From Ascidiella aspersa (lineage: Eukaryota), in NCBI GenBank assembly GCA_963924565.1, contig OZ004615.1:3100001-3164000 (forward strand): a DNA stretch of 64,000 nt, read 5' to 3'. Position 1 is the stretch's first letter; every line of letters begins with the position of its first letter. Both the position numbers and the translations under genes were made by a program. The notes under the pieces were generated by a model, which saw only the letters and a list, made by a program, of their open reading frames with translations, did no database searches and was not told the DNA's origin. Shown piece after piece: positions 12,601 to 24,070 of this stretch.

Positions 12601-13384
12601 GAAACAGTTGTAACTACTCATAACCCTTAACGATTGGGTCTTAACCCGCAGCAGACGTAGCACTATGTCTTAAGCAAGTGTTTTTTTATTTATAAACCAG
12701 CAAGCTTCTAGCAAAACCTAATTACCAGATGAGCAATTTTTATATTATTAATGCGGCTGGTTGTAGTAATACGGTTTATGCGCAGGTTTTATTATTTTGA
12801 CAAGCTTTCGCAGCCCGTGCTTTCATCAGGTCAATTAAAATGAACGAAGTAGAAGCACAAGCCCGAGAAAAGGGCAGTAAGGTGTAACAAGTCTAATATT
12901 TCCCACACGCTCGCAGATTCGTGGACTAACGCAAAAACAAGCGGAAAACCACTTCGAAATTTGCGCCTAACCCTCAGTTATGTGTAATGACTTGACTTGA
13001 GTATAGTTAAGTCACTGTTTTCAAATGACGTTACTTGACTGAAGTTATTTAGACAAATGACTTGATATGCTAAGGTGCTTCAATTAAATATTTTTTTTTA
13101 TTTTTTTTTTATCACGCGGCCTCTTGTCAAAAATAATTGCACACCCTGCTATAAAGCATAACATGCCACAAAACTCGTATTTTAGTGGTACTGTAGCGTG
13201 TGTATTAATTCATTTAACCTGGATTTGCAATTCTGCAAAAAAAATGTTTTGTAAATGGTTTGATATTACGTAATTAACCATTTCAGTTATTGACCGAAAA
13301 TCCTCATTTTCGGATCGGCCTTGTATGGTATTGCACATATGTACGTCGTATGACGCATTTGGCGGCTGGCAAAATATTTCCAAA

Positions 13385-16300
13385 TCAAAGCGACTCCATA
13401 AAGGGTTGACGGTCCTTTCCAATCAACCAAAATGAACGAGAACAGTCGTCGGTCATAGTAGCTCGCAGGACGGGAATCAGCGTAACAGAATGCGACTGCA
13501 AAATAAGGTTTTCGATGTTAGATATTCATCAATACTAATCATAGGTAGGCTACGTACTACTTCTCGGTATGTCCTTTAATGTACGAAATAATGTCTTTAC
13601 GCGTCAAAAGTTTGTAGTTTTTGTCTTAATTCGAAGGGGGGTTTTAATCTCGATTGTATATCGAGATGTAGAAATTTGCCTAAATAACATTGGTTTGCAA
13701 AAAAAATGTATGATTTTTACAAAAATATAACTTATTTTGATTGATTTTGGGATGCAGATTTCGAAAATGGTCTTAGATCTTTTCTATCACGTTTACTTTT
13801 TTCACAATCCAATGGTGTGACTTCCACATTAAAAGATATTTACAAAATCGTTTCCTAATGCCAAGTCAAATTATGGGTCAATATTGTGGCAACATGGCCG
13901 AGTGTGCATTTAATTTGTAATCTTTCGTAAATAAGTTCATAAAGTGCTTAGAATCAGACTACATTTCTTGTCAGCACGTAGAGGCAGCAACACAGTGGCG
14001 TGCAAAATTTAAAGCGATGCCTAAGGGTATATTTGCATTTATCAATGCGAAGTTGTAGCTAAATCGAAACTATCAGCACGGACAAACGAAATGCGCGTTT
14101 TAAAGCCACTCTATATTTTCCTTCCAGCTTTTTTAATGTTTCTTTTATGTAAAATGTCATATTATCGACCTTTTTATGTTGAATTCTTGTGAATTTAAAG
14201 AAAGAAAAAAAGTTGTGCGTCTTAACTCTCAAAGTTACTCAAAAACCAGTCATTAAAAGTGAACCAGGTCGTATACCAAAAGTAAGCATGTTATTTCCGA
14301 AAAACAAACAAAGCATGTCTGGAAAATTAGAGACTGAGACAACATCAATCAAGCTAACGCCTGGTGCTTAACCTTGCTTTGATGATTTTAATCAAGGACA
14401 ACTTAAAAGGGCACAGACTGTGAATCATACCGAGGCCAGTCTCGCCCTTGTGGCGATAAGGTTCTCAATTTTTAATTTGGTTGGTGCGTTGTTAAATGTG
14501 ATACAGACAATAACTAAAAGTTGAAAAGTCCGATTAAAACGCATGATCCGGTTGTTTTGAGGAAAATTTTTTCTGGCTAAGCGGCATCATCAGTTCATAA
14601 TTTAGATCAAACTTAATGTTGTACTATTGTCTGGTTTCTGAATTAGACGAAAACAAGTGTAGGTAAAAAAAACTCAAACGTAGTATTCAAACTTGACACG
14701 AAACACACAGAAACACGGTAAAATGACGTCTTTGGTAACGCTATACATTAGTCCACGGGCAAACTACGACCTGTGGGTCGTAAAAGAATAATCTGACCAG
14801 TGGCTTATTTTCTATGAAAAATAATCAGAAAATAAAAATAGTTAAAACGTTTTTATTTTGGTTTTAGAACATGCTATTGACTAAATCACAGCGGAATAGT
14901 TACTCTATACGTTTCCTTCCCAGTTTGATATTATATTGCTTTTTACATCTTTTTTGAAAAAATTGCACTTTCATGTTGTGTATTTTAGATCCTATTTTGT
15001 TACACAGGTCTTTAAGACATTTTCTTATTCAAACGCGGTCTTTGGCAAACACAATTGGCTATCCTTGCTCTACAGGTCACCACTACAGTAAAAAAATCTT
15101 TTTTGAAGGAAATATCTGAGCTGCCGGGTAACTGAAAAGCAGTCAGACGTAAACACGGTATCGTGACAAAGTCGGTTCAAGTTATCGAAGAACTATGTGA
15201 TCCTTAACATTGCGATGCGTGGCCACGATAAGAAGGCGTAATCCTTTTATCGCGACGACTCAGTCGATATTTATCGCATTTGATTGAGTCCTTATCTCAA
15301 CTATGGGCGAAAAATTAAGTTCCTGCCACACGTACGCTTATATGGGGTAAAGAAAGGTTTTTATGTTGTATGACGGAAGGTTTTTCAAGTTGTTGGATCA
15401 TCGATTTATCGCGAAAATGAGATTGCATCACTGTTTACATGTGCATATAGCTGTTTCTTGCACGAATATTTTTCGAAAACTGAACTGAATTTTTGTAGCG
15501 AGATATTCTCTATCATATTTTCCTAGCGTCCTTCACATAATGCCGGCAAATTTACAGAAGTGAATTGGCAAAAAAACTAAAGTTACGTCAGATTTTACCC
15601 CGAACGTCATTGACGCTACATTTAGTTTTGTAAATTCTCGCTTAAAGATATCATTTTGTCAAGTGATTATTTACCCACAACGTCTCATTTAACAGACCAC
15701 CTACACGTTTTTGGCGCATTGCTACTTCTTTTAATCGCAATAATTTTTACAAATAGACCTTTTGCTAGCGAGTCATTTTGATATGACTTAAGTCCCATTC
15801 GAGACATTTGTAAAATAACTCAAGTCTGAGTCAAGTCTTTTCAATGTCAATTAAAAGCTATTCCATTCGTAGGCACTTGAACATTTGTACAAACAGGGTG
15901 CAGTTCGGCATCGGATTGAAAAGTTAGTTATCCGACAACCCCACTCCCCAGATAGATGGCTTTTATTTTCTGGAACCGAAACAACCAGGACGCAGTACAA
16001 AGTCACAAAGAAAATGACAGTTGTTTGTTCCAGGATGCAGCGTCAACTGCACCCTGTTTGTACAAATGTTCAAGTGCCTACGAATGGAATAGCTTTTAAT
16101 TGACATTGAAAAGACTTGACTTGGACTTGAGTTATTTTACGAATGACTCGAATGGGATTTAAGTCATTTCAAAATGACTCACTAGCAAACGGTCTATTTG
16201 TAAAATGTATTGCCATTAAGAGAAATAACAAAACGCCCTAAACGTGTTTGGTCAAATATCATGTATCGGTATCAAGTTAAAATATCAAGTACCGGACATC

Positions 16301-19300
16301 ACTAAGTAAACCTCAACTAAAAATCTCTTACCTGTCTAATAATCTTGCCTCGGTTCCGGTGACTGCGCACCAAGTGGTTCGATGCGTTGATGACGTCCTG
16401 ATTGATGACGTCATGCTCGGTGACTGGGTTGACGCGCGATCGCTTCTCGTGGAAGACCGAGTAGCCCTTGGCGTGTTTGAGCTTGTTCTGACTGAGTCCT
16501 TCAACAACGGTGTGGTAGTAGTGCTTGATTTTCGTGCTGGGAGATAAAAGTTCGATGCTTAGTTTGGCGAATTAAGCTTAATTGGTTTAAATTACGTCAC
16601 GCTCATAACGTAAGTGCCTAAGTCATTTTTCCAGATTTTTATATTTTTTGCCTAAGTCACTACTTGTTACCATCCCAATCCATAGAAAAAGTGGCTCGGT
16701 CATTTTTTTGCACATGCGCATGCGAAATGACCTGAAAATGGCAATGGCCCCTGAACTTTCAATGTATAAAAACGTACATCGTTTATCGCAAGCATTCGAT
16801 TGGCCAAATGCACAGAAGCTTGACAGGAGATAAATAACTCACCGCTGCACGCGTTCCACCTCAAATTCGACGTAATATCCGCTACCGCAGCATTTTGAGC
16901 AGAAAGCAATACGTTTGCTGCCGTTCTGACATGCCCTGGAATTACACAAAAAGTTAGTTAATTTCAATTAATTTTCGGGCAATATATAAGGTTATTAATT
17001 TGGCAATGCGTATGCTGTTGTTTAAAAATGTAATTGCCATAGTTCCAAAAAAATACAGCAGATAGTTCATGTTAACTATTATTTGTAATTCTGTTGTCAA
17101 AATAATAAGTGAACTTTTCAAATCTATGAAAGCCCATATATAAGTAGGTTTTCAGATTTTATTTTAATATGTTACCTACTTTTATATTGGTATTGTTATT
17201 CCTACTAACTTATTTTCAAAACTACCACCAGTACTTTAAAATGGGTAAAAATGTCCTTTACTTCATTTCTTTATTTAAAAAATACAGTATGTGACAGCAT
17301 AATATGTTCATTGTGCAAGCAAACGGTTTCCACTTTAAAGCAATTTTTTAACCTCCTTACGTGCTGCACTTGATCTTTTTCGAGGTGTTCGGAATCCTAA
17401 CGCATACGCCGCTCTGTTCGTCGCAAGAAATCGAGCATAAGGCGGCCGAGCCAAACACTTCATCCTGTTCGAGACTTTCTCCTGTTAGAAACCAGTAATC
17501 GACGTTATTGTCGAAATCCAAAGGACTGTAAGAGTGCCCCATATAATCGATATTAGATCGAATCGATAACGAAGCGGCGCAGATGATTTTATCTTTCAAT
17601 GGAGCGGAAGATTATTAACTTGGCTTAAAGTTAAGAATGTATAAAGATTATACAAAAGCAAATTTTTAACTAAAGTCCGTTTGCTAGAAAAGGGTTTCTG
17701 ATTATTAATATTTAAAAGCATTATCACAGTATAAAAAATACAACTGTAAAGCAAAAACCACAACAAAATGCTGTTTAATCCGATATGAGAATTTTCTAAG
17801 TGAACACGTCTCCTATGACTAAGATGCTGTACCAAATGAGCAAAAAAGGCGACTCTTTTTATGTTGGCAAAACATTACTTTTTACCCGTACCTGGTTGGT
17901 AAGGTTCAGTTCTTGCAAATGTTTCCCGGTCTTCTAGTGACGACTTGAGACAGTACTGAAACGAGAGTTGTTATTTACAAAAATGATAATCAACAGTCTA
18001 CATTACTAACCACTTAAAATTTTAACGTAGAATTAATATCAAAGCACATCGATAAGTAGGTAACATATTTAAAAGTTTCTAATAAATGCACGAATATTTT
18101 TCGAAAACTGAACTGAATTTTTGTAGCGAGATATTCTTTATCATAATTTCCTAGCGTCCTTCACATAATGCCGGCAAATTTACAAAAGTGAATTGGCAGA
18201 AAAACTAAAGTTACGTCAGATTTTACCCCGAACGTCATTGACGCTACATTTAGTTTTGTAAATTTCTGTTGTTAATACACATACAAAGTTTCTAATAAAT
18301 CTTAATTTATTTTTAAGGTCCAAATATTCTATCTTATACTCTGATTGGCTTTAATATATTCAGTCTACGCGTAACTGCAAACTCCACTTGCTATTCTACA
18401 AGATTACAAAATAATATATTTCAAATTTACCCAAAGCCAGCAAACAATCTATGAATCATTTTTTCATTTAATTTCAAAATATATTGAGAAAAAAGCACAC
18501 ACACTTACCCGTGTTAGGCAATTTCAAGTAAGTTGCTGAACAACGAAATATTAGATTTTTGGGCATTTTAAAACTTTGACTTAAATGTCTTGTAAGTTTG
18601 GCAATTGCAAATTGCAATAGTTATTAGCATCGTCAGCCAAATTGTCATGCCTGAGTGAGCATAAGGAATTATGTTGCTGACGTGGTTGAAGTTTATTGCA
18701 AAACAGTCTGGGATTAATAGGCAGCGCACAGTAGTATAGGCAAGTCTATATTAAGTAATCAATAAAGTGTCTCTTACCTTGTAAGCGTATAAAGCAGTTA
18801 TGTTTTTGACAGTTATGTCTCTCGGGCTATATTGTCCGTCGTTTTCAGCAGTTCGACATCTTTTGTAAATACGTTCGATTTCTTTTTTTGATATTGCTGG
18901 AAATCTGTTACAAAATAATTTTTATTTTTTTAAGGAAATTTCGAGTAACTTAAGCTTAACAGAAAGTTTAATGTTGCGCGGAATTTAGGTGTTGTTATGT
19001 CTGTTACAGTCCGATATAATCATTTATTTGTACTAATTTAGAACAGAATTGTTACTTTTCATATTAAAGTATGATGATTCATATAGCTTTTCAAAGCGGC
19101 AAAAGATTCACTGTGAAATTTTAAAGATAAAAGCACGATTACAGACTAAATTATGGTATTAGTAAATTATATGCCTAAATTATTTTTAATAACAAACGCT
19201 ATTTGGGTAAGGTAATTTCCTTACTTTTATATCTGCGAAGAACCTTTTTTATACTTGGCTATTTAAAATAGAAAAATTCTATATTTAATATTTACATACA

Positions 19301-20576
19301 GAAAATTCAAAACGTTTACCACAGAATTTAAAACTCGCCTAAAAATTCCAAAAAAAATAAACATATAATTTAACTTTTCATAAGGTTAGTTGGTCCCCTC
19401 TATATACTCAGCTATCTGCCAGCTGCGTAAAATTATCAACTGCAAGATCAGCCGTACAGTTAATAAAATCCATATCTCACATTATCCAGGTCCTATCACC
19501 CGATCACTGTTTTATCTAATCTACATCCACTGCCCCTCTATCTATTGTAGTTGTACTTGATCAATATTTGTAAACAGACTCTTCGTATTCAAAAAACGAA
19601 ATTCGACTTGCAAAAATTAAAAACTGCACTTTAAACTTTTATATTTGTTTGTCTATTAGATTTCACTTTATTGTGCCTTAACCTATTAATACCGCAAGTT
19701 ACCTGTACTAAATCCTGTCAAAAAGACCTCAAATGCAACATATGCTTAAGTTCGACTTTCCAAGTAAAAACTGTTTGTCAAAAGCCCCTTAATCTGCTTA
19801 GTTTGGGCCAACAATTGGTTTTATTATTCGACAAACATAAACATTGTGAGCTAATCAATTGCAAACGCTTATGGCAATGTTTGACCCCTTTGGGGGTACA
19901 TCGACAAGCCTAATGTGGTCCATGAAAGGCGTTATTAAAATCATGGTGAATAATTTAAAAGTAAAAAAAAATTATTTTAAAGGGGTCCGCGTTAAAAAAA
20001 GTTTAAAACCCCTTGGCTTAAGTTAATACTTAAAGTACTAGACTACTCACACTCCAACCGTTATGCTTCAAAGTAATGTATATAGTAGAATTCATGGCTA
20101 ACTCACACGAGGTACTCTAGCGTCGCGTCTGGCGCATTCCTCCTTATGTACTTGACGTCGCGCGATCCACGCTGCTCCTCCGCGGTGGAAGACGAAGAAG
20201 ATCCAGCGACCTCCGAGAGGCAGGAGCGAATCTCCTCCTCGTCAATTTCAAACGCTTCAATCCTTGCGTTCCAGAGTCCTCTACGCGCCAAGCGGTCGTT
20301 TGTCTCCATGATGGAAAACACAGAGCTCTCGCTAACGCAGGTCGAAGTGCGACTGGAAAGCAGCGACCTACTACAACTGCTGGTAGACCGCGACGAATTC
20401 GGCGGGGTTTCGGAACTCGAAAGCCCGCGGATCGATGAGCTGCTGTCCCGGGGTTCGGCCGGGTTTACTTCGCTGTAGGGCGGCGGAGGCGCAGGTGGGT
20501 AGTACTCCGTAGAGCCCAGCGGCCAGCAGTACCAGTCCGACTCGAAGGGCGGGGCGCTGGGCGCTGGCGACTCCAT
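13385..20576 (-). CDS. SSUH2: SSUH2 (ssu-2 homolog)-like protein, 396 aa
   Basis: Exons 20107-20576, 18778-18904, 17892-17955, 17361-17481, 16843-16935, 16332-16536 and 13385-13495 (1191 nt, phases consistent). Motifs FPAISKKE, YAYKYCLKSSLEDR, RIPNTSKKIKCSTAC, CSKCCGSG, LKHAKGYSVF..VNPV, GKIIRQSHSVTLIPV and FWLIGKD are collinear with SSUH2 as I recall the family. Confidence 0.78.
15695..16253. repeat. Large inverted repeat (about 210-bp arms, 139-bp spacer) in an SSUH2-like intron
   Basis: Arms 15695-15905 and 16045-16253. The inner 77 bp (15829-15905 / 16045-16121) are perfectly complementary; the outer parts are diverged and TGACTT-MITE-like. Confidence 0.93.
18088..18284 (+). repeat. Near-identical copy of 15460-15636 inserted between 16-bp direct repeats
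   Basis: About 177 bp shared with only a few substitutions. AAAGTTTCTAATAAAT occurs at 18072-18087 and 18285-18300. Confidence 0.93.
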
Positions 20577-22755
20577 TTTTGGTCCCGTTTGTTTAGGGGT
20601 CGGATCAGCTAAGCTGCGCTTCTAAACCTATAGCTGTATAGTTTCGTCTGCGATGGAAATATTTATGTGTTAAACCTTTCTTAGCCTGTCTTTCACAGGT
20701 ACCCTAGTTTAAAAAAAGTGATAAAAGTCCAAAAATACTCATTTTATATATTTTTCGAACACACCTGCGTGTTTATAATAGTTAACCTTGGCTGTTTTCT
20801 CCTCAGCTGGGTTCTAATTTTCTTTGTTGCTTATAGTTAAACCAAAATATTACTACGGTTCTAATCTCATTTTCATTAATAAGTAGTGTTTGACTTTGAT
20901 TGTTTCGACCTTAAACATGGTATGGCGGAAAAAACTCGCTGTCGGCAAATAGGCCGTAACAAGCAATTATAACTGACTGCTAATTATTCACACTGTTTAG
21001 TTTTCAAAACTGATTTTGTTTTCGAATTAGGTATGGTATTATTCCTTATTCTGATTTGCAGATAAATTTTTCATTCATTGACTTACTGCAGCAACGGAGA
21101 ATGTTTTGCCTTACACCCAGTTTTCAAAGTGAATTTGCCCATCGGTCGCTCGCCTTTGATATTTTACCCTAAGCTCAATTACAACATTCGCGCAATTGGA
21201 CAATTTCTCTTTTGGCGACGAAGGTGTCCAATAACTGAACGCAAAGCGAACGTTTGAAGTAAACCCGTCTTCGCTAATTGGACGTCCCGCAATTTTCCCG
21301 ATATGCCGTCTATTGTTCGTTTAACGTCAATTAGGCTACATTTTTGATGGATGTTAACAGGTTTTCGAATTAACGCTCATTAAAAATCCGCCCTAATGTT
21401 TTAATTACTTGTGTGTGCCTTTTTTGCTGAAAAAGTTTAATTGACTAGGCCAAAAGTTTTCAGACTGTGCGTTGCGCCGCCCTGGTGCGTCGTTTTAACT
21501 TTCGGAGGGCGTCGCAATATGATTCATTTCGTATCTAATCAATTTAAATAATAAAGTTCTATAAGTACTAATGGTTATCAGCCCTGATATGTGCATTTTA
21601 AATCATTGTTACAAGGAACTACAGTAATTGATTACTATTTTGTGATATAAAAAATTAGTAAATAATAATTAAAAATTCAGTAGAATTCCAATTTCTAGGG
21701 AACCAAATTTTTTAAAGGTCGCAAGAAAAAGAGTTTTAGAACCACTGAACTAGACTAATTTTTTCCCTTTCGCTATAGCTTTACCTTACTGCTGCTTAAA
21801 AATCTCAAATTCCCACGAAAATTAAGTACACCAGGTTAGCTACTATCTGCGCTAAGTTCCCCGCTAAAGAAACAGCCACACAGTCATTAAAATCTATATC
21901 TCACATTATCGGTAACCCCGATCAAACGTGTTTATCTTATCTGCCGTCTTTCTTTTATCGCCTGGACGTGCGACATGTGTGAAGCGAGTCATACCTTGTT
22001 TGTATTCCGTGGCACGCTTCCTATAGCCCAATAGATGGGCGTTTTGGGGTGGGCTGGTTAAAAATTGAAATCGGATGTTATCGATTAAAGTGAATTTCAC
22101 CCATTTAGCCATTTTTGTCAAAAGAAACCGAATTTTCCTTGCTCATGGGTTTATATGCAGGTTATTGTAGTAATTGTAAAGGTTGCTTACTATTATAAAA
22201 CATTATAATGTCTAGTTTGCAATACGATGCCAGTATATCTTCAAAGCGCCTTACGATTTCTATTACTCAATTTTGCTGATCAAGTATAATGTTACATCAG
22301 AAATAAAACACGCTTGTCCTTAACTTAGCGCAAAATATTATGCGATTAAAACAGCATCTTCCTTTTTGCAACTTAAACTTTTATCTAACTGCTTCCAAAT
22401 AATCTCAAACGCATATAACACTCGGCTTAATTAACTCCAAAAAAACGCTTTCCAAATCCAAGACCTGGATCAAATGCACGCAAAAAAACTGAGTTCGAAG
22501 TCGGGAGACTTATCCTCGCCTCATCTCATCTCGATCAGATAACGGATGAGCGCGCTGCTAATCTTCATCAGTCATCTATTTGCCCGAACACGAGCCTCCA
22601 GGAAAATCCGAAGGATCTGATGGTTCGTAAAGCCACCGCCACATTATTCTGATGATGCTGATGCTGATGCTTGTGGCATCTGATCGTGGATCATACCTTA
22701 TCCCGTGTAACGAGATCTTGTCTGAAACAACACGTCTTCTGTGTGCGAAGGGCAA

Positions 22756-22779
22756 GGGGGGGGGGGGGGGGGGGGGGGG
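22756..22779 (+). repeat. G24 homopolymer, G-quadruplex capable
   Basis: 24 consecutive G residues. Confidence 0.95.
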
Positions 22780-23674
22780 AGGGTTTGACGGACTTGGTGG
22801 GCGATTTTTTCGAGAGGGGTTTTTCAGGCGTGCTTGTGAATGCTTGAGCTTTGTTTTCTTGGTGTTTTTACGCAATAATTTGAATGTTGTTATAAGATAA
22901 CGTGTGCCAAGTGTCATTTATGTTTTTTTTTGTTGGTACTTTTATATTTCGTACAAAGCTTGTGTGTAAAAGGGTTGTGTGTTTGTAGAAAGCGTTTTTT
23001 CTTTATATTTTAAATGTTCCTTTAGTAAGGTAGTGTATTTTTACACTAAAAATGTTTTTCTTTTACATATTGTGTTTGCAATTGGTATTGATTTATCACA
23101 CATTTCAAGTGTTTGACGTCGTTCCTATCTGTAAAACACTTTTTTATCAGGAAAATTACGCGAAACGTTTCAAAAAAAGTAGAAAAGATAAAATATAGGA
23201 CACGCAATACCATTTAGATTTAGAAGAATAGAAATCTTAAAATTAATTTCTTTATATTATTTTGTTCCCATGAACTCTGTTAAAATAGGACTAACTAGGT
23301 TAAACTGAAAGGTTTGCAAGAAAAAAATATATGTTTCTCATTTCGTAAAAAAATATTTTTTTGAACTGTCTAATAAAATTAAGGCATGCTGCTAACAGTT
23401 GGGACTCTTTTCAATAATAAAAATAAAAAACAACAAAAGTTTACCCTCTCCGGTCGGCAACCATATACGAACCCAAATCTCGGCTTAAATCCCGAAATCT
23501 TACCTGGAAAGTTTGCCACCTACGAGAGATTTTTTGGCGAGGAGGAAATTGACTCAGTGACCGATGGGCGGACGATAAGAGGCCGACGGCTTACCGAGAT
23601 AAGAAAATAGACTGTTTATCTCTGATCGTTCGTGACCAGACCGTGTATTACTGGGACCTATAGGGTCTCTATAA

Positions 23675-24070
23675 CAGACTTGGACAACTATAGATTTATT
23701 TTCGCTTTTTTAAATTAGATTGGTATTAAAATTGGAGCATTGCAGTTTTTCTTAATTAGATTAGAATTAGATCATTTTTGTTCTCCAATTAGAATTATGG
23801 AATTCTTTAAAACCAAAATTTAAACTAGAATTAAAAAAATAATCAATTACCTTCCAGTCGTTACGACCAAAGTGTATCAATTTACATTCTTTATTTCGAC
23901 TGAGGGACTAAAAATACTATTTGACAAAGTAGCATTTTTGAAAAAATCCGAAATTAGATTAGAATTAGGGCTCATAAGTAATGCACGAACTTGATTAGAA
24001 TTAGAATTAGCCGCATTTCGATCTGATTCATTGAGTTAGAAAACCAGAATTATTTTGTTGTCCAAGTCTG
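23675..24070. mobile_element. MITE with 14-bp TIR and internal AATTAG repeats
   Basis: CAGACTTGGACAAC...GTTGTCCAAGTCTG is a perfect TIR. A related partial copy lies at about 47830-48000. Confidence 0.78.

Noticed and set aside
16332-16547. Second open frame (Ser/Thr-rich) and antisense ORF over an SSUH2-like exon
   Set aside because: Splice phases and family similarity support only the TKIKHYY frame. Extra open frames are expected in a short GC-richer exon.
20146-20478. 110-aa plus-strand ORF
   Set aside because: Antisense shadow of the GC-rich first SSUH2-like exon.
22576-22917. Poly-Pro and poly-Gly ORFs
   Set aside because: Produced by the G24 tract; no splice or homology support.
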